Positions 1-8,485 of a stretch of 20,000 bases of DNA are shown in pieces; position 1 is the stretch's first letter, and the number at the start of each line of letters is the position of its first letter. This stretch comes from an uncultured virus (IMG/VR IMGVR_UViG_3300020189_000007). Taxonomy: Duplodnaviria > Heunggongvirae > Uroviricota > Caudoviricetes. The position numbers and the translations under genes were made by a program. The notes under the pieces are model-generated. The model ran no database searches, was not told the origin of the DNA, and saw only the letters and a list, made by a program, of their open reading frames with translations. The stretch is taken from the IMG/VR virus record IMGVR_UViG_3300020189_000007. One strand, written 5' to 3'.

Positions 1-1433
1 TTAATTAGTTTGTCACCGAGGTAAGGGTACGGTACTTTACAGATAACTTGAAATCTACTTAACTCTCCCTTTAGATCAACACCCTCTGTCATTGAAGGAG
101 AAATTAGAACAGTCGGTTTTTTAGACTTCTTGTGCTTTTCCAAGACTTCGTCCCGGTTATCAGATCCATGGATCAAGATTCTCGTGCTTCTGATATTCTT
201 CTTAATATAGCTAGCGACCTTATACGAATGACAATGTATGATGCCTTTTTCATTCTTGTGTTCATCAATGATCTGCTTAATAGCTTGTACCATCTTAGGC
301 AAAGTACCGTCAATAGCAGAGTACGTCATCTTTCCGATACCGGCGTAGATGATCGGCATATTCTCAACAGGAAACGGCGACTCGAGAGATATAAAAGCCA
401 TATCCTGAGAAGGGATACCGACCGACAAAGCAAACGCATCTCTATCAAGAATTGTCGCAGACATTAATACGACGTAACGACCATGATCATATAGCATTTC
501 ATTTGCATACGGTGCTACATCAATTGGTTTAAATTGTAGTTTTCTACTTGACATATTGTCTTTTGGTATGTCATTCATAACCCAATTATTTCCGTCATAC
601 AAATCTAAGAACCTTCTTAGCTTACACACATGCTTATCAAGCATCTCAAACTTTTTTGCAATTGATGCAAATTCGCCTGATCGAATTTTCTCCTTCAACC
701 CAATGTATTTTTCCATCATCTTCTCAAGATGAGTAAGTTTTGAAACTGTTGTCTTCAAATATACATCACTGATCCATTTAATGTACTGTAGTTGCGTCAT
801 CCCATTCGGGATAGACATATTCAAGAATGACATGCAAAACTTATCAGAGATGGTGATCTCAATAAATTTGCTCAACTCTGAATCGATATTGTGGGCCTCA
901 TCAATTACCAGAACATCTCTTGGCGTAATTTTGCCAGAGTATTGTGTCTCTGCTAGAAAGTAAGGGAAGTTAGTAACTCCCTCTGTTCCATTGACAAAAG
1001 ATTCTTTGGCTTTCTTATATACACAATTAAACGCGCATGACTTAAAGAACCTGCTCGATTTGTCTGCTGTCTTTAGAGCTCTTAAGCTTTCTCCACAAGA
1101 AGTTCCCTTATTGAAGTTGCAACAGTAGTTAGACGAAGATTTAATCGACTTCATGGGTCCGCTAAATCCACCAAAGTCTTTGACATACTGTTCTTGTAGA
1201 ATTTTTTGAGTGGTTAAAAAGTATGCACCGGGCGCATGCTTTTCTGAACTTCCATCGCTAAGAAGTCTTGCCACTGTTAATCCAATAGCTGATTTCCCGA
1301 CACCGGTACCAGCCTCGATAACCACAAACTTCTTGCCTTGTGACTTTATAGCGTCGATTGAAAATTCTATAGCTTGAAGCTGCTGATCTCTAATTGACTT
1401 ATACGGAAATTTAGAAATAATTTCTTGATTCAT
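1..1433 (-). CDS. DinG/Rad3/XPD-family SF2 DNA helicase with Fe-S cluster region (C-terminus runs off the window start)
   Basis: Not in the ORF track because it has no stop in the window. Manual translation from ATG 1433 (AGGAG SD upstream): MNQEIISKFPYKSIRDQQLQAIEF (Q motif), Walker A EAGTGVGKS, Cys cluster NYCC..TSCG..KSCAFNCVY, motif II LVIDEAHN, LMSAT, and C-terminal SPSMTEGVDL..SRFQVICKVPYP. Confidence 0.92.
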   Translation of the reverse strand, partial: MNQEIISKFPYKSIRDQQLQAIEFSIDAIKSQGKKFVVIEAGTGVGKSAIGLTVARLLSDGSSEKHAPGAYFLTTQKILQEQYVKDFGGFSGPMKSIKSSSNYCCNFNKGTSCGESLRALKTADKSSRFFKSCAFNCVYKKAKESFVNGTEGVTNFPYFLAETQYSGKITPRDVLVIDEAHNIDSELSKFIEITISDKFCMSFLNMSIPNGMTQLQYIKWISDVYLKTTVSKLTHLEKMMEKYIGLKEKIRSGEFASIAKKFEMLDKHVCKLRRFLDLYDGNNWVMNDIPKDNMSSRKLQFKPIDVAPYANEMLYDHGRYVVLMSATILDRDAFALSVGIPSQDMAFISLESPFPVENMPIIYAGIGKMTYSAIDGTLPKMVQAIKQIIDEHKNEKGIIHCHSYKVASYIKKNIRSTRILIHGSDNRDEVLEKHKKSKKPTVLISPSMTEGVDLKGELSRFQVICKVPYPYLGDKLI

Positions 1434-1452
1434 GCACTACTCCTGATGCTAT

Positions 1453-1480
1453 ATTGTAATAGCAGGGCAAAGCATGTTCA
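1453..1480 (-). promoter_or_regulatory. sigma70-like promoter, class II (TGAACA-N16-TACAAT), upstream of the helicase
   Basis: The same geometry recurs at 3978-4005, 7348-7375, 14202-14229 and 18243-18270. Confidence 0.55.
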
Positions 1481-2266
1481 GAAAGTCAGGATTAGAGAAT
1501 CGATAAGTTCGATGGTTTCCGAGGTGCTTTCAACTTTAAAGGACCGATTGTCAGAAATTAGCTTCTCATAGATGTGCCAATCGTTCCCCCCTGGATCACA
1601 GCGGTCGCCGGCGAACCATATATCATGATCAGGGTAGTGCTTTAGAGCGTATGTTTTATCCCATCCAGTCGGGTATATATCAAAACTAGTTGTACCCCCA
1701 AGAGCAACAGTCACGTCGATACCATCTTCTTTAAGTAGGGAAGACAATTGTGAACAATACTTCTCTCTTATTCCTTCTTGCTGATCCAAAGAGGTCCACG
1801 CGCTTCTTTGTTCTTGGCCGGCTAATCTCCCTATTGGACACCAGTTTAATAACGAGCCCCTGTATTGAAAGAATGTACCGGTAAAAGGAAGGTTCGGATA
1901 GTCGGTAGTGATAGCAGTCTGCCAGCTCATACATCTAGAAATAATCTTATTGTATACAGCCTGACCAATTTCCTTAAGCATATCAGCTTCAGAGACAAGT
2001 ACGTAATTGTTGGAGCTGTTTGACGAATAGAATTTTGTACCGTTGCAAGGTAGAACATCTAGCCTATTGACTGGAACCCCACCGATATCAAACGCTCTTC
2101 CCATCTGCTGCATTACGTAATCCATGTCTGATCCGGTCACGATACCAACTCTAGAGTGCTTGGTGAGACGTATTAAAGCAGCTATCATATCATCTTCTAT
2201 TGGCTCTCTAGCTGGTGTCAGAGTACCGTCCATGTCAAACAAGACAATTTTTTGTTTCGCAGTCAT
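1478..2266 (-). CDS. Eukaryotic-type phosphomannomutase (HAD superfamily IIB, PMM2/Sec53-like)
   Basis: LFDMDGTLTPAR (HAD motif I), VGIVTGSD, FFQYRGSLLNWCPIGR, GGTTSFDIYPTGWDKTYAL and FAGDRCDPGGNDWHIY follow the PMM2 motif order. Confidence 0.9.
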   Translation of the reverse strand: MTAKQKIVLFDMDGTLTPAREPIEDDMIAALIRLTKHSRVGIVTGSDMDYVMQQMGRAFDIGGVPVNRLDVLPCNGTKFYSSNSSNNYVLVSEADMLKEIGQAVYNKIISRCMSWQTAITTDYPNLPFTGTFFQYRGSLLNWCPIGRLAGQEQRSAWTSLDQQEGIREKYCSQLSSLLKEDGIDVTVALGGTTSFDIYPTGWDKTYALKHYPDHDIWFAGDRCDPGGNDWHIYEKLISDNRSFKVESTSETIELIDSLILTF

Positions 2267-2329
2267 CGTTTATTATGCTTCCTTCTATACTTATTATTAA
2301 TAAAGATCCCATTGCGGAGCATTTGACAA

Positions 2330-3124
2330 ATGAGAAAGTTAATCATTCAGCTGCTACTCTCGATTACGGCTTTATTCTTTCTGCTGTCTGGTTGTCTCAA
2401 CATTAAAGTTCCGAATAAAATTATAAGAACAACAGACAATACTGTAATCAAAAAAGAGAACTCATACTTCCCCATAGAGTCATTTGTCATGACAACACAA
2501 GAGTTTGTTTTTTCAATCTCATGCGAAAATGATAAAAGCGAAGGGTGTGTAGAAGGAATCTTGGGAAGTCAAACCAGCATGGGTTCAGGGTTTATTTTAG
2601 AGACCTCAAGTAAAGATGAATATATCGTTACAGCAGGTCATATATGCATGCCTCCAAAGATGCCAATGGTACCCGGGCCATTAGCGTCAAATCTCAGGGT
2701 GGCTTACAGGATAAGCTTGACTACAGGATTTGGCAGAGAAGGACGAGGAGAGATTGTTGCGATCGATACAAACAATGACATATGTCTCCTCAAAGCGAAC
2801 AAGGACTTAGGACCCGGTTTAGAGATAGCACAAAAGGACATGATGCTCCATTCCAAAGTATACAACATGGCCAACCCAGCTGGGCTATCTTCTCCGTTAG
2901 CAGTTCCTGTTTTCGATGGTTACTATATCGGTGATATATCGATGATAAGTCTATTCACAGTGCCGGCGGTAGGTGGCTCAAGTGGTTCTCCGATAATGAA
3001 CCACAAAAATGAAGTTGTCTCCATTGTGTCAGCGGCAGCTGTTAGGTTTGATGAATACGCTATTGGACCAAAGACTAGATCAATAAGAGAATTTCTATTA
3101 GCTCATCTCCCTGATGATTCTTAA
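2330..3124 (+). CDS. Trypsin-like (S1) serine protease, predicted lipoprotein
   Basis: Signal peptide ending in lipobox LLSG-C; catalytic triad motifs TAGHIC, NDICLL and GGSSGSP. Confidence 0.85.
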   Translation: MRKLIIQLLLSITALFFLLSGCLNIKVPNKIIRTTDNTVIKKENSYFPIESFVMTTQEFVFSISCENDKSEGCVEGILGSQTSMGSGFILETSSKDEYIVTAGHICMPPKMPMVPGPLASNLRVAYRISLTTGFGREGRGEIVAIDTNNDICLLKANKDLGPGLEIAQKDMMLHSKVYNMANPAGLSSPLAVPVFDGYYIGDISMISLFTVPAVGGSSGSPIMNHKNEVVSIVSAAAVRFDEYAIGPKTRSIREFLLAHLPDDS

Positions 3125-3388
3125 CATAACGTTTTCTATTAACGAATCAAGTTTGGTAACAAGCTGATCGTGTAGGTTTAGAGCAAACGTTCTTGCCTCT
3201 TGGTCGGTCTTAAATGTCTTAAGGCCTGAGTCATAACTCAACTCTTTACACGAAACGTTTGCGTGCACATCTCCCCAAGCCCCGGGATAAATCTCAACAC
3301 TGATTCTTGGATCGTTAAAGTGAGTTATAGGGTTTGGGTCAAGAGTCTTATAGTTGCTTCCTATCCCATTTTCATTTACTTTGGCCAT
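3098..3388 (-). CDS. Hypothetical protein (96 aa)
   Basis: ORF track; ATAATTA motif just upstream of the ATG; converges on the protease gene. Confidence 0.65.
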   Translation of the reverse strand: MAKVNENGIGSNYKTLDPNPITHFNDPRISVEIYPGAWGDVHANVSCKELSYDSGLKTFKTDQEARTFALNLHDQLVTKLDSLIENVMLRIIREMS

Positions 3389-3409
3389 GACTTTAATTAT
3401 TACGCTACT

Positions 3410-3688
3410 TTAAACATAATCATGGTAGCGAAGAGTCAAGTCTTCATAAGGAAGATCACTATCCCGCGCAAACTGTACGGTCATTACCTTACTTACCTTG
3501 TTCAGCTTAAGAAAGTCAATAATTACTTCTTCCTTAAAGCTTCCTGTATCACATGTGTTCTCGTAATAACTCTTAATAGCAGTTTTTGCGCAGTCTAAAT
3601 TAGCAAATGCCCCAATAATTCTTGAGCCATCCCATCCCTTCACGGTAACAACAACACTATCATAGTGGGTATCAGGTATATGTGTCAT
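3410..3688 (-). CDS. Hypothetical protein (92 aa)
   Basis: TGATG stop/start overlap with the upstream gene; GAGG SD. Confidence 0.7.
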   Translation of the reverse strand: MTHIPDTHYDSVVVTVKGWDGSRIIGAFANLDCAKTAIKSYYENTCDTGSFKEEVIIDFLKLNKVSKVMTVQFARDSDLPYEDLTLRYHDYV

Positions 3689-3951
3689 CAGGCCTCATAT
3701 ACAAACACATCATATGAATCTAAAAACGTGATCAGAGTCATGTTTAGTAACTCTTTTTCTGCAATAAGTCGAGGGTCGCTTTCTTTAGAGTGCTCTAGTT
3801 GAGTATCAACAACCTTGATTCTATCAAGCAATCTACGAAGCTGCGAATGAAAAACAGCATGCTCGGCGAACATGAGAAGATTATAATCTGCTTCCTCAAA
3901 TGGGGTCAAGGTAACCTCCTTTGCTCCCAAAATGCTCGCGATGTCTCTCAT
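3688..3951 (-). CDS. Hypothetical helical protein (87 aa)
   Basis: GAGGAG SD; TGAACA-N16-TAGAAT promoter at 3978-4005. Confidence 0.75.
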   Translation of the reverse strand: MRDIASILGAKEVTLTPFEEADYNLLMFAEHAVFHSQLRRLLDRIKVVDTQLEHSKESDPRLIAEKELLNMTLITFLDSYDVFVYEA

Positions 3952-4002
3952 ATCAACTCACTCCTCATTTAGATATAATTCTAACGAGTAGTAAGATATT
4001 GT

Positions 4003-4548
4003 TCACCCATTACGCTGCTGAAGAAGATAGACATAGTTCTCGTGAGTATCAGCCAGTCCTCCGAGCATATTGTCCATACCATAGCTAAGTACTCCCATAT
4101 CTTCTAGAACTTGTGCGGTTCCTTCAGTTATCTGGACTAAAGCCTTAGTATATTCAAGAGCGAGAGCAGCAAGCCTCTCAGCTGGTAGACCTACAGGAGA
4201 TTCCCACTCACCAAGAATAAGCATAGCGTCTCCCATAATCTTCATAGGGCAAGCAATAGACTCATCCTGAAGTACTCCGAGACCCTTCTCTACCACTCCG
4301 TCGACGGAGCCTTGTACCTCTTCATAGATCTTACCATAAAGCTCTACATGGTCACCAGCAAAGGACGGACCACTAACTACATTGTGCGCGCCGTGCATCC
4401 AAAGATGGTAAGCTCTAAGGAACCCAACATACGCACCAAGTACTTCGGATGGTGCCGGCATCATAAGATCATCAAGCTCTACGTGAGCATCAACTTCAAC
4501 ATTGTCTAGTTCAGCGCCACACGAACCGCAGCATTCTTTCAGTCTCAT
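4003..4548 (-). CDS. Dps/ferritin-like DNA-protection protein with a Cys-containing N-terminal extension
   Basis: HLWMHGAHNVVSGPSFAGDHVELYGKIYEEVQGSVDGVVEK resembles the Dps signature H-W-N-V-x-G-x-x-F-x-x-x-H...D-x-x-x-E; four-helix layout ending HENYVYLL; GGAG SD and ATGA overlap. Confidence 0.8.
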   Translation of the reverse strand: MRLKECCGSCGAELDNVEVDAHVELDDLMMPAPSEVLGAYVGFLRAYHLWMHGAHNVVSGPSFAGDHVELYGKIYEEVQGSVDGVVEKGLGVLQDESIACPMKIMGDAMLILGEWESPVGLPAERLAALALEYTKALVQITEGTAQVLEDMGVLSYGMDNMLGGLADTHENYVYLLQQRNG

Positions 4549-4847
4549 GATTCATCTCCTTGTTCCATACGTCTAATTTTGTAATCAAGATAGTGGTATA
4601 CTTTACCGATGTTATCTGCAGCGACAGCGATCTTTGATTGTACCCATTCTGGTAGATCATCATCGTCAAGCAGTTTATCATGCAGTGATTGAGAATAACG
4701 AGCGATCTTGTCAAGTTGAGATTTTGACATGCGACCCTCACCTTCACCGTAACCGAGTTGTCGAGGCTGTTCAGGTCCAACCACAAGATCATCTAGTGTA
4801 AGCTGCTCTGAGATAATTCTTCTAAGTTGTTGTTTTGTGATCTTCAT
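4545..4847 (-). CDS. Hypothetical phage protein with N-terminal MKITKQQLRRIISE peptide and a helical 'LPEWVQSKI' region
   Basis: GGAG SD; N-terminal motif shared with neighbouring genes. Confidence 0.8.
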   Translation of the reverse strand: MKITKQQLRRIISEQLTLDDLVVGPEQPRQLGYGEGEGRMSKSQLDKIARYSQSLHDKLLDDDDLPEWVQSKIAVAADNIGKVYHYLDYKIRRMEQGDES

Positions 4848-4856
4848 GATTTCTCC

Positions 4857-5126
4857 CTATCGCATGCCAGACTTTGCGTCTTCAAAAGCTGCGCTTATCA
4901 AATCGACCGCTTCACTATCAGAAGCCCCGACGTCCGAGTGTTTCTCCATTAGGGCATTTAGCCTTTTTCTTGCATCACTCATAAACAAGGCAACTTCGTC
5001 AAGCAATGCGTCAAACTCTGCTTCTACTGACGATCCAGCATCGTTGTAAAGACCGTACTCACTCATACCAAATTCGTCGAACGATTCTTTGATGATTCTT
5101 CTAAGTTGTCTCTTGGTGATTTTCAT
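4857..5126 (-). CDS. Hypothetical acidic phage protein with N-terminal MKITKRQLRRIIKE peptide
   Basis: AGGA SD; shared N-terminal motif. Confidence 0.8.
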   Translation of the reverse strand: MKITKRQLRRIIKESFDEFGMSEYGLYNDAGSSVEAEFDALLDEVALFMSDARKRLNALMEKHSDVGASDSEAVDLISAAFEDAKSGMR

Positions 5127-5129
5127 GAT

Positions 5130-5549
5130 TTAATCCTGTCCTATGTATCCGCGAGTGGAGACTTTTTCGCCGACCTTCTTGAGAAGCTCTGCGGCTGTTG
5201 GGCCGGTAGCTGAAGGGCCTGAGTTAAGGGCAGCTTCGATAGCACTTTCTGGATCGTCAAAATCCTTCCCTATACGACCAGAGATCGTATTGTTAAAGTT
5301 ACCCCCAACTCGAGCAGTGTATTTACCATCAGGGAGGAGGTATACAGTAATACCTTGATCGCTTTGACCACCAGCATTGTACTTGTAGCTCTGGTATTCT
5401 ACGAACCACTTACCTTCTCGGCCCTTAATAGGACCCTGCATTTTGTCAGCATAGGGAGCAATCAGAGGGTGGCTTAGATCAGGAAACACTCCATCTTGAC
5501 CCATTGCTTCTTGTAGAATATTTCTAATCTGTGTTCTTGTGATCTTCAT
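5130..5549 (-). CDS. Hypothetical phage protein with N-terminal MKITRTQIRNILQE peptide
   Basis: Tightly packed between neighbours; shared N-terminal motif. Confidence 0.8.
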   Translation of the reverse strand: MKITRTQIRNILQEAMGQDGVFPDLSHPLIAPYADKMQGPIKGREGKWFVEYQSYKYNAGGQSDQGITVYLLPDGKYTARVGGNFNNTISGRIGKDFDDPESAIEAALNSGPSATGPTAAELLKKVGEKVSTRGYIGQD

Positions 5550-5551
5550 GA

Positions 5552-6505
5552 TTACCCCGCCGTGTGTCTATAATAATCTACAATAATCTGGAGTCCATCA
5601 CTGGAGACTTTCGATGTGTAGACTCCAGATAGAGCTGCCATTGAGCCACCTGCTTCCCGAACCTTAGCATCCCGGGTTTTAAGAAGATTAATATCTGCTT
5701 CTGGAACAGGCTGCCCGTCTTTTCTGGCGTATACAGTCTTCTGCCTAACATCCCCGCGGTAGCGACCATAAGGGTAGCTAGTGTCATCAGAAATAACGTC
5801 ATAGTCTCTATTTAACAATTCAACGGCTCGCTTATTTGCGTCTATACCACTTTCTGCCATGATAGCTTCCCTGATGATCTTTCTAAGTTGTTTGTGCACA
5901 ACACTTTCCTCAAAGAGCTCTGGATGTTTCTTCTTGATCTCGGCGTCGGACATACCAGAAGCACGCATTCTGGCAATCTTGACATCTTCGAAATCGTTCT
6001 TGCCGTCCTTGTTCTGATCCTTTGCCTCTGAATAGCGCTCAATTCTAGAACCAACAGGAACGTCAGCTGCTTCTACATCGCTGAGTGAATCTATACTGTA
6101 GGGGATCTGCTTTGCGCCAGGACTTAACGGCGCGAGGTAATCTAAAATTTGAGTTAACTCTTCGTCGTCATATGCGATCTCTGACTGGGGTTGACCGTTG
6201 ATGGAGTAACCAACCACAACAGGAAATTCAGTCTCTTCTGGCCGGGGCTGTTTTAGATCTCCAGGCCTTGAATGAGCCTGCATCTCTTGGATACGCCGCC
6301 GGACCTCTGCGACAATAATCTCTAGAGTCTCTGGACTCGCAACGTTCGATTCACCACCAGTGATCTTAGAATGGTCGAGGTCGTGGACGAGGTTTTCTCC
6401 GCCGGCCCAGGCATCTTCCGTAGCCTCTAAGTCTTCAAGCTTTTCAAGCTCAATCTCGAGCTGTTCAGCAATGATCTTTCGAATCTTGTCTCTTGAGTTG
6501 CGCAT
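5552..6505 (-). CDS. Multi-segment hypothetical protein (317 aa) with repeated 'R.II.E' peptides and an EF-hand-like loop
   Basis: KIRKIIAEQ at the N-terminus, internal KQLRKIIREA, DxNxDG-type loop DQNKDGKNDFED; GGAG SD and TATATTTA motif upstream. Confidence 0.8.
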   Translation of the reverse strand: MRNSRDKIRKIIAEQLEIELEKLEDLEATEDAWAGGENLVHDLDHSKITGGESNVASPETLEIIVAEVRRRIQEMQAHSRPGDLKQPRPEETEFPVVVGYSINGQPQSEIAYDDEELTQILDYLAPLSPGAKQIPYSIDSLSDVEAADVPVGSRIERYSEAKDQNKDGKNDFEDVKIARMRASGMSDAEIKKKHPELFEESVVHKQLRKIIREAIMAESGIDANKRAVELLNRDYDVISDDTSYPYGRYRGDVRQKTVYARKDGQPVPEADINLLKTRDAKVREAGGSMAALSGVYTSKVSSDGLQIIVDYYRHTAG

Positions 6506-6547
6506 ATAAAAAATCTCCCGTGCGTAGATACTAATAGTAAATATAAT

Positions 6548-6802
6548 CTAAGGCTGTGTATTGCTGGTCAGCAGCGGCATTATCTGCCACCTTTTGGGAG
6601 ATCGCGCTGTATAAAGTTCGCCGGGAGAGAAGAGAAAAATACCAGTAGAGAGATTTTCTGAATCGTCTATCTTTTTCTTTACCGTGTAGAGGCGCCCAGC
6701 GAGACTTCTTGCCTCATCCCAAGTAGAGCATGCTCCGACGCACGTCTCCTTATTGACACTGGCATCTTTGTACCAGACGCAATAGAAAGACGAGACCATC
6801 AA
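6548..6802 (-). CDS. Hypothetical protein (about 84 aa)
   Basis: Start overlaps the stop of the upstream gene; fills the gap between genes. Confidence 0.6.
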   Translation of the reverse strand: MMVSSFYCVWYKDASVNKETCVGACSTWDEARSLAGRLYTVKKKIDDSENLSTGIFLFSPGELYTARSPKRWQIMPLLTSNTQP

Positions 6803-7164
6803 TCTACTAGAATGCCTGCTAGCTTACGCCAACGTGCAAGGTCAGCTGACTCATTCAAATCATCATTACCAACGCTCTCAGGAATAAGCTGGAATCTGTG
6901 AGCAAGACGATCGCGGTTAGGAAGCTTGTCCCATCGAACAAGGTGATCGAACTCATGGTCTCCATGACCGACGACTTCACCGGCGCCCCATTCAGGGTGC
7001 GTAACACGAGTGCCGACAGGTAGTCGCTCAGCATCGCCCTTTGGCATGGGCATGGCAGCGTCCATCTCGTCTAGCTCATTGTGCTCGCCTTCTTCGTGTG
7101 CTTCTTCATTTAGCACTTCCATGATCAGATTTCTCAACTGGGTTGCATTGATTTTGTTGGACAT
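6799..7164 (-). CDS. Hypothetical protein: N-terminal 'QLRNLIME' peptide, SH3-like core, C-terminal RWRKLAGIL
   Basis: GGAG SD; TATATTTA at 7193-7200; core PVGTRVTHPEWGAGEVVG..HLVRWD. Confidence 0.8.
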   Translation of the reverse strand: MSNKINATQLRNLIMEVLNEEAHEEGEHNELDEMDAAMPMPKGDAERLPVGTRVTHPEWGAGEVVGHGDHEFDHLVRWDKLPNRDRLAHRFQLIPESVGNDDLNESADLARWRKLAGILVD

Positions 7165-7312
7165 TTTGATTTCTCCATCCTGGTTGTTTTTCTAAATATA
7201 CAGCATCATCGCTCTGTTGCTTGATTGATTTTACGTACATGTGCAACCAGACAGCAACTATTATAGATATTACAGCGAACGTCTTGTTGATCTTCTTGAT
7301 TCGCTCCAACAC
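7106..7312 (-). CDS. Possible small membrane protein (reading frame uncertain)
   Basis: Promoter GTAACA-N16-TATAAT (7348-7375) and a strong GAGGAGGAGG SD upstream; hydrophobic FAVISIIVAVWL. An alternative ATG frame (MGRVGANQ...) also fits this SD. Confidence 0.35.
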   Translation of the reverse strand: MLERIKKINKTFAVISIIVAVWLHMYVKSIKQQSDDAVYLEKQPGWRNQNVQQNQCNPVEKSDHGSAK

Positions 7313-7634
7313 GACCCATCCGCCTCCTCCTCAACGATTACAGCTCTATTATAATAGTCAAACCCACGTTGTTACCTTTCCCACCCTCATACAATGGCAC
7401 CGCCGGAGAGTGAAGTGGGTTTTCTCATTTATCGGCGCGTCGGCGCCGGACACACGCGTTTTTTTGGAAACAGTGAATAACGCGGGACGCGTTTTCGGCA
7501 CACCCACTTTTTGCGTTTCATGGGTGCATCCTCGCGCCGAAGGCGTGCCTTCTTGCTCGGATCGCACTCCAAGAGAAATCACAATACATCCAGTCACCAT
7601 ACTTAAAGGTAGATCGGTTGTGAAAGGATACCCT

Positions 7635-7913
7635 ATGGATATGGGTTTTGAATTAACGGTCTATGCTATTGCCATCATGATCACCGGGGGACTTGCCTTC
7701 GTAGTGCGGAGCGTCATCACAATTGACAAGGCGCTCAAAAAGCAAATGAGTGAAATACAGGCGCAGATATCCAGAATCATGATGTCAGATCCAGATAGAG
7801 ACTCGGAACTCAAGGGAGAAATTGACTTGACTCACCCGCGAACAGGTGAGAAGCTCCGTGCCAAGGCACGCTTCAGAGTCATCTCCAGTCGTCCCGGGAC
7901 TCGCCGACCTTAG
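7635..7913 (+). CDS. Small membrane-anchored protein (92 aa), single N-terminal TM helix followed by a helical region
   Basis: Likely true start of track ORF 7221..7913: AAAGGA SD before ATG 7635, CATACTTA motif at 7598; TM segment VYAIAIMITGGLAFVV. Confidence 0.65.
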   Translation: MDMGFELTVYAIAIMITGGLAFVVRSVITIDKALKKQMSEIQAQISRIMMSDPDRDSELKGEIDLTHPRTGEKLRAKARFRVISSRPGTRRP

Positions 7914-7949
7914 ACTCAATCATGTCTCGAGACCGCGGGTCTCAGAGGG

Positions 7950-8231
7950 TCACTTGTGACCTACAACCTCGGCCCATGAACCCCACTCTTTAGCGCCGTC
8001 TCCGTCGTCAATGATCATGCAGTGTTGCATGATGCGTTCGTCAACATCTTCAGCGGTACCGGTCTCAGACCAGAGAACAGTCCAGACTTGACGTCGCTGT
8101 TGCCGGACTTCAGTCCAGTAGCGATCCGTGCTCGTGACGAGCCCGTGACCCAAGTGCGGATGAACGATGATGCACCCAACAAGGTTCCGGTGCAGAGCAC
8201 CGCGCGGGGAGAATACAGTTTCCTTTGCCAT
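7950..8231 (-). CDS. Small SH3/KOW-like beta-barrel protein
   Basis: LVGCIIVHPHLGHGLVT...WTVLWS pattern; TATACTTA 5 nt before the ATG. Confidence 0.7.
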   Translation of the reverse strand: MAKETVFSPRGALHRNLVGCIIVHPHLGHGLVTSTDRYWTEVRQQRRQVWTVLWSETGTAEDVDERIMQHCMIIDDGDGAKEWGSWAEVVGHK

Positions 8232-8248
8232 ATCGTTAAGTATACGCT

Positions 8249-8485
8249 CTAGATAATCGACGTTAACACAAGGTAATCGACGAGCCGGTTGGCGGGCCAG
8301 CCAGTTTGCAACTCACCCGTGTTCCATAGGACGCTACAGACAATGATGTAATCGGGACGATGCGTGCTTTGGCGCGTCGCAAATGCGGGTTCGGTCGTGA
8401 CAGCAGTGATCAGCCCCGGGCCGTAGACCGGATGGTCAACAAGTGAGCCAATGATAACATCAGAATAGCGTGAGTCGGTGTCCAT
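8249..8485 (-). CDS. Small SH3/KOW-like beta-barrel protein
   Basis: IIGSLVDHPVYGPGLIT...CSVLWN; start reassigned to ATG 8485, 6 nt after TATACTTA. Confidence 0.7.
   Translation of the reverse strand: MDTDSRYSDVIIGSLVDHPVYGPGLITAVTTEPAFATRQSTHRPDYIIVCSVLWNTGELQTGWPANRLVDYLVLTSII

Noticed and set aside
132..963. Plus-strand ORFs 132..467 and 781..963
   Set aside because: They are antisense to the DinG-like helicase gene.
1..2266. Eukaryotic or giant-virus origin suggested by the PMM2-like and XPD-like genes
   Set aside because: Pervasive Shine-Dalgarno sites, overlapping start/stop codons, -35/-10 promoters, intrinsic terminators and a lipobox indicate a bacterial-host virus.
7221..7634. 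N-terminal extension of track ORF 7221..7913
   Set aside because: It has a TTG start without SD and overlaps an opposite-strand promoter and SD; a better start with SD exists at 7635.
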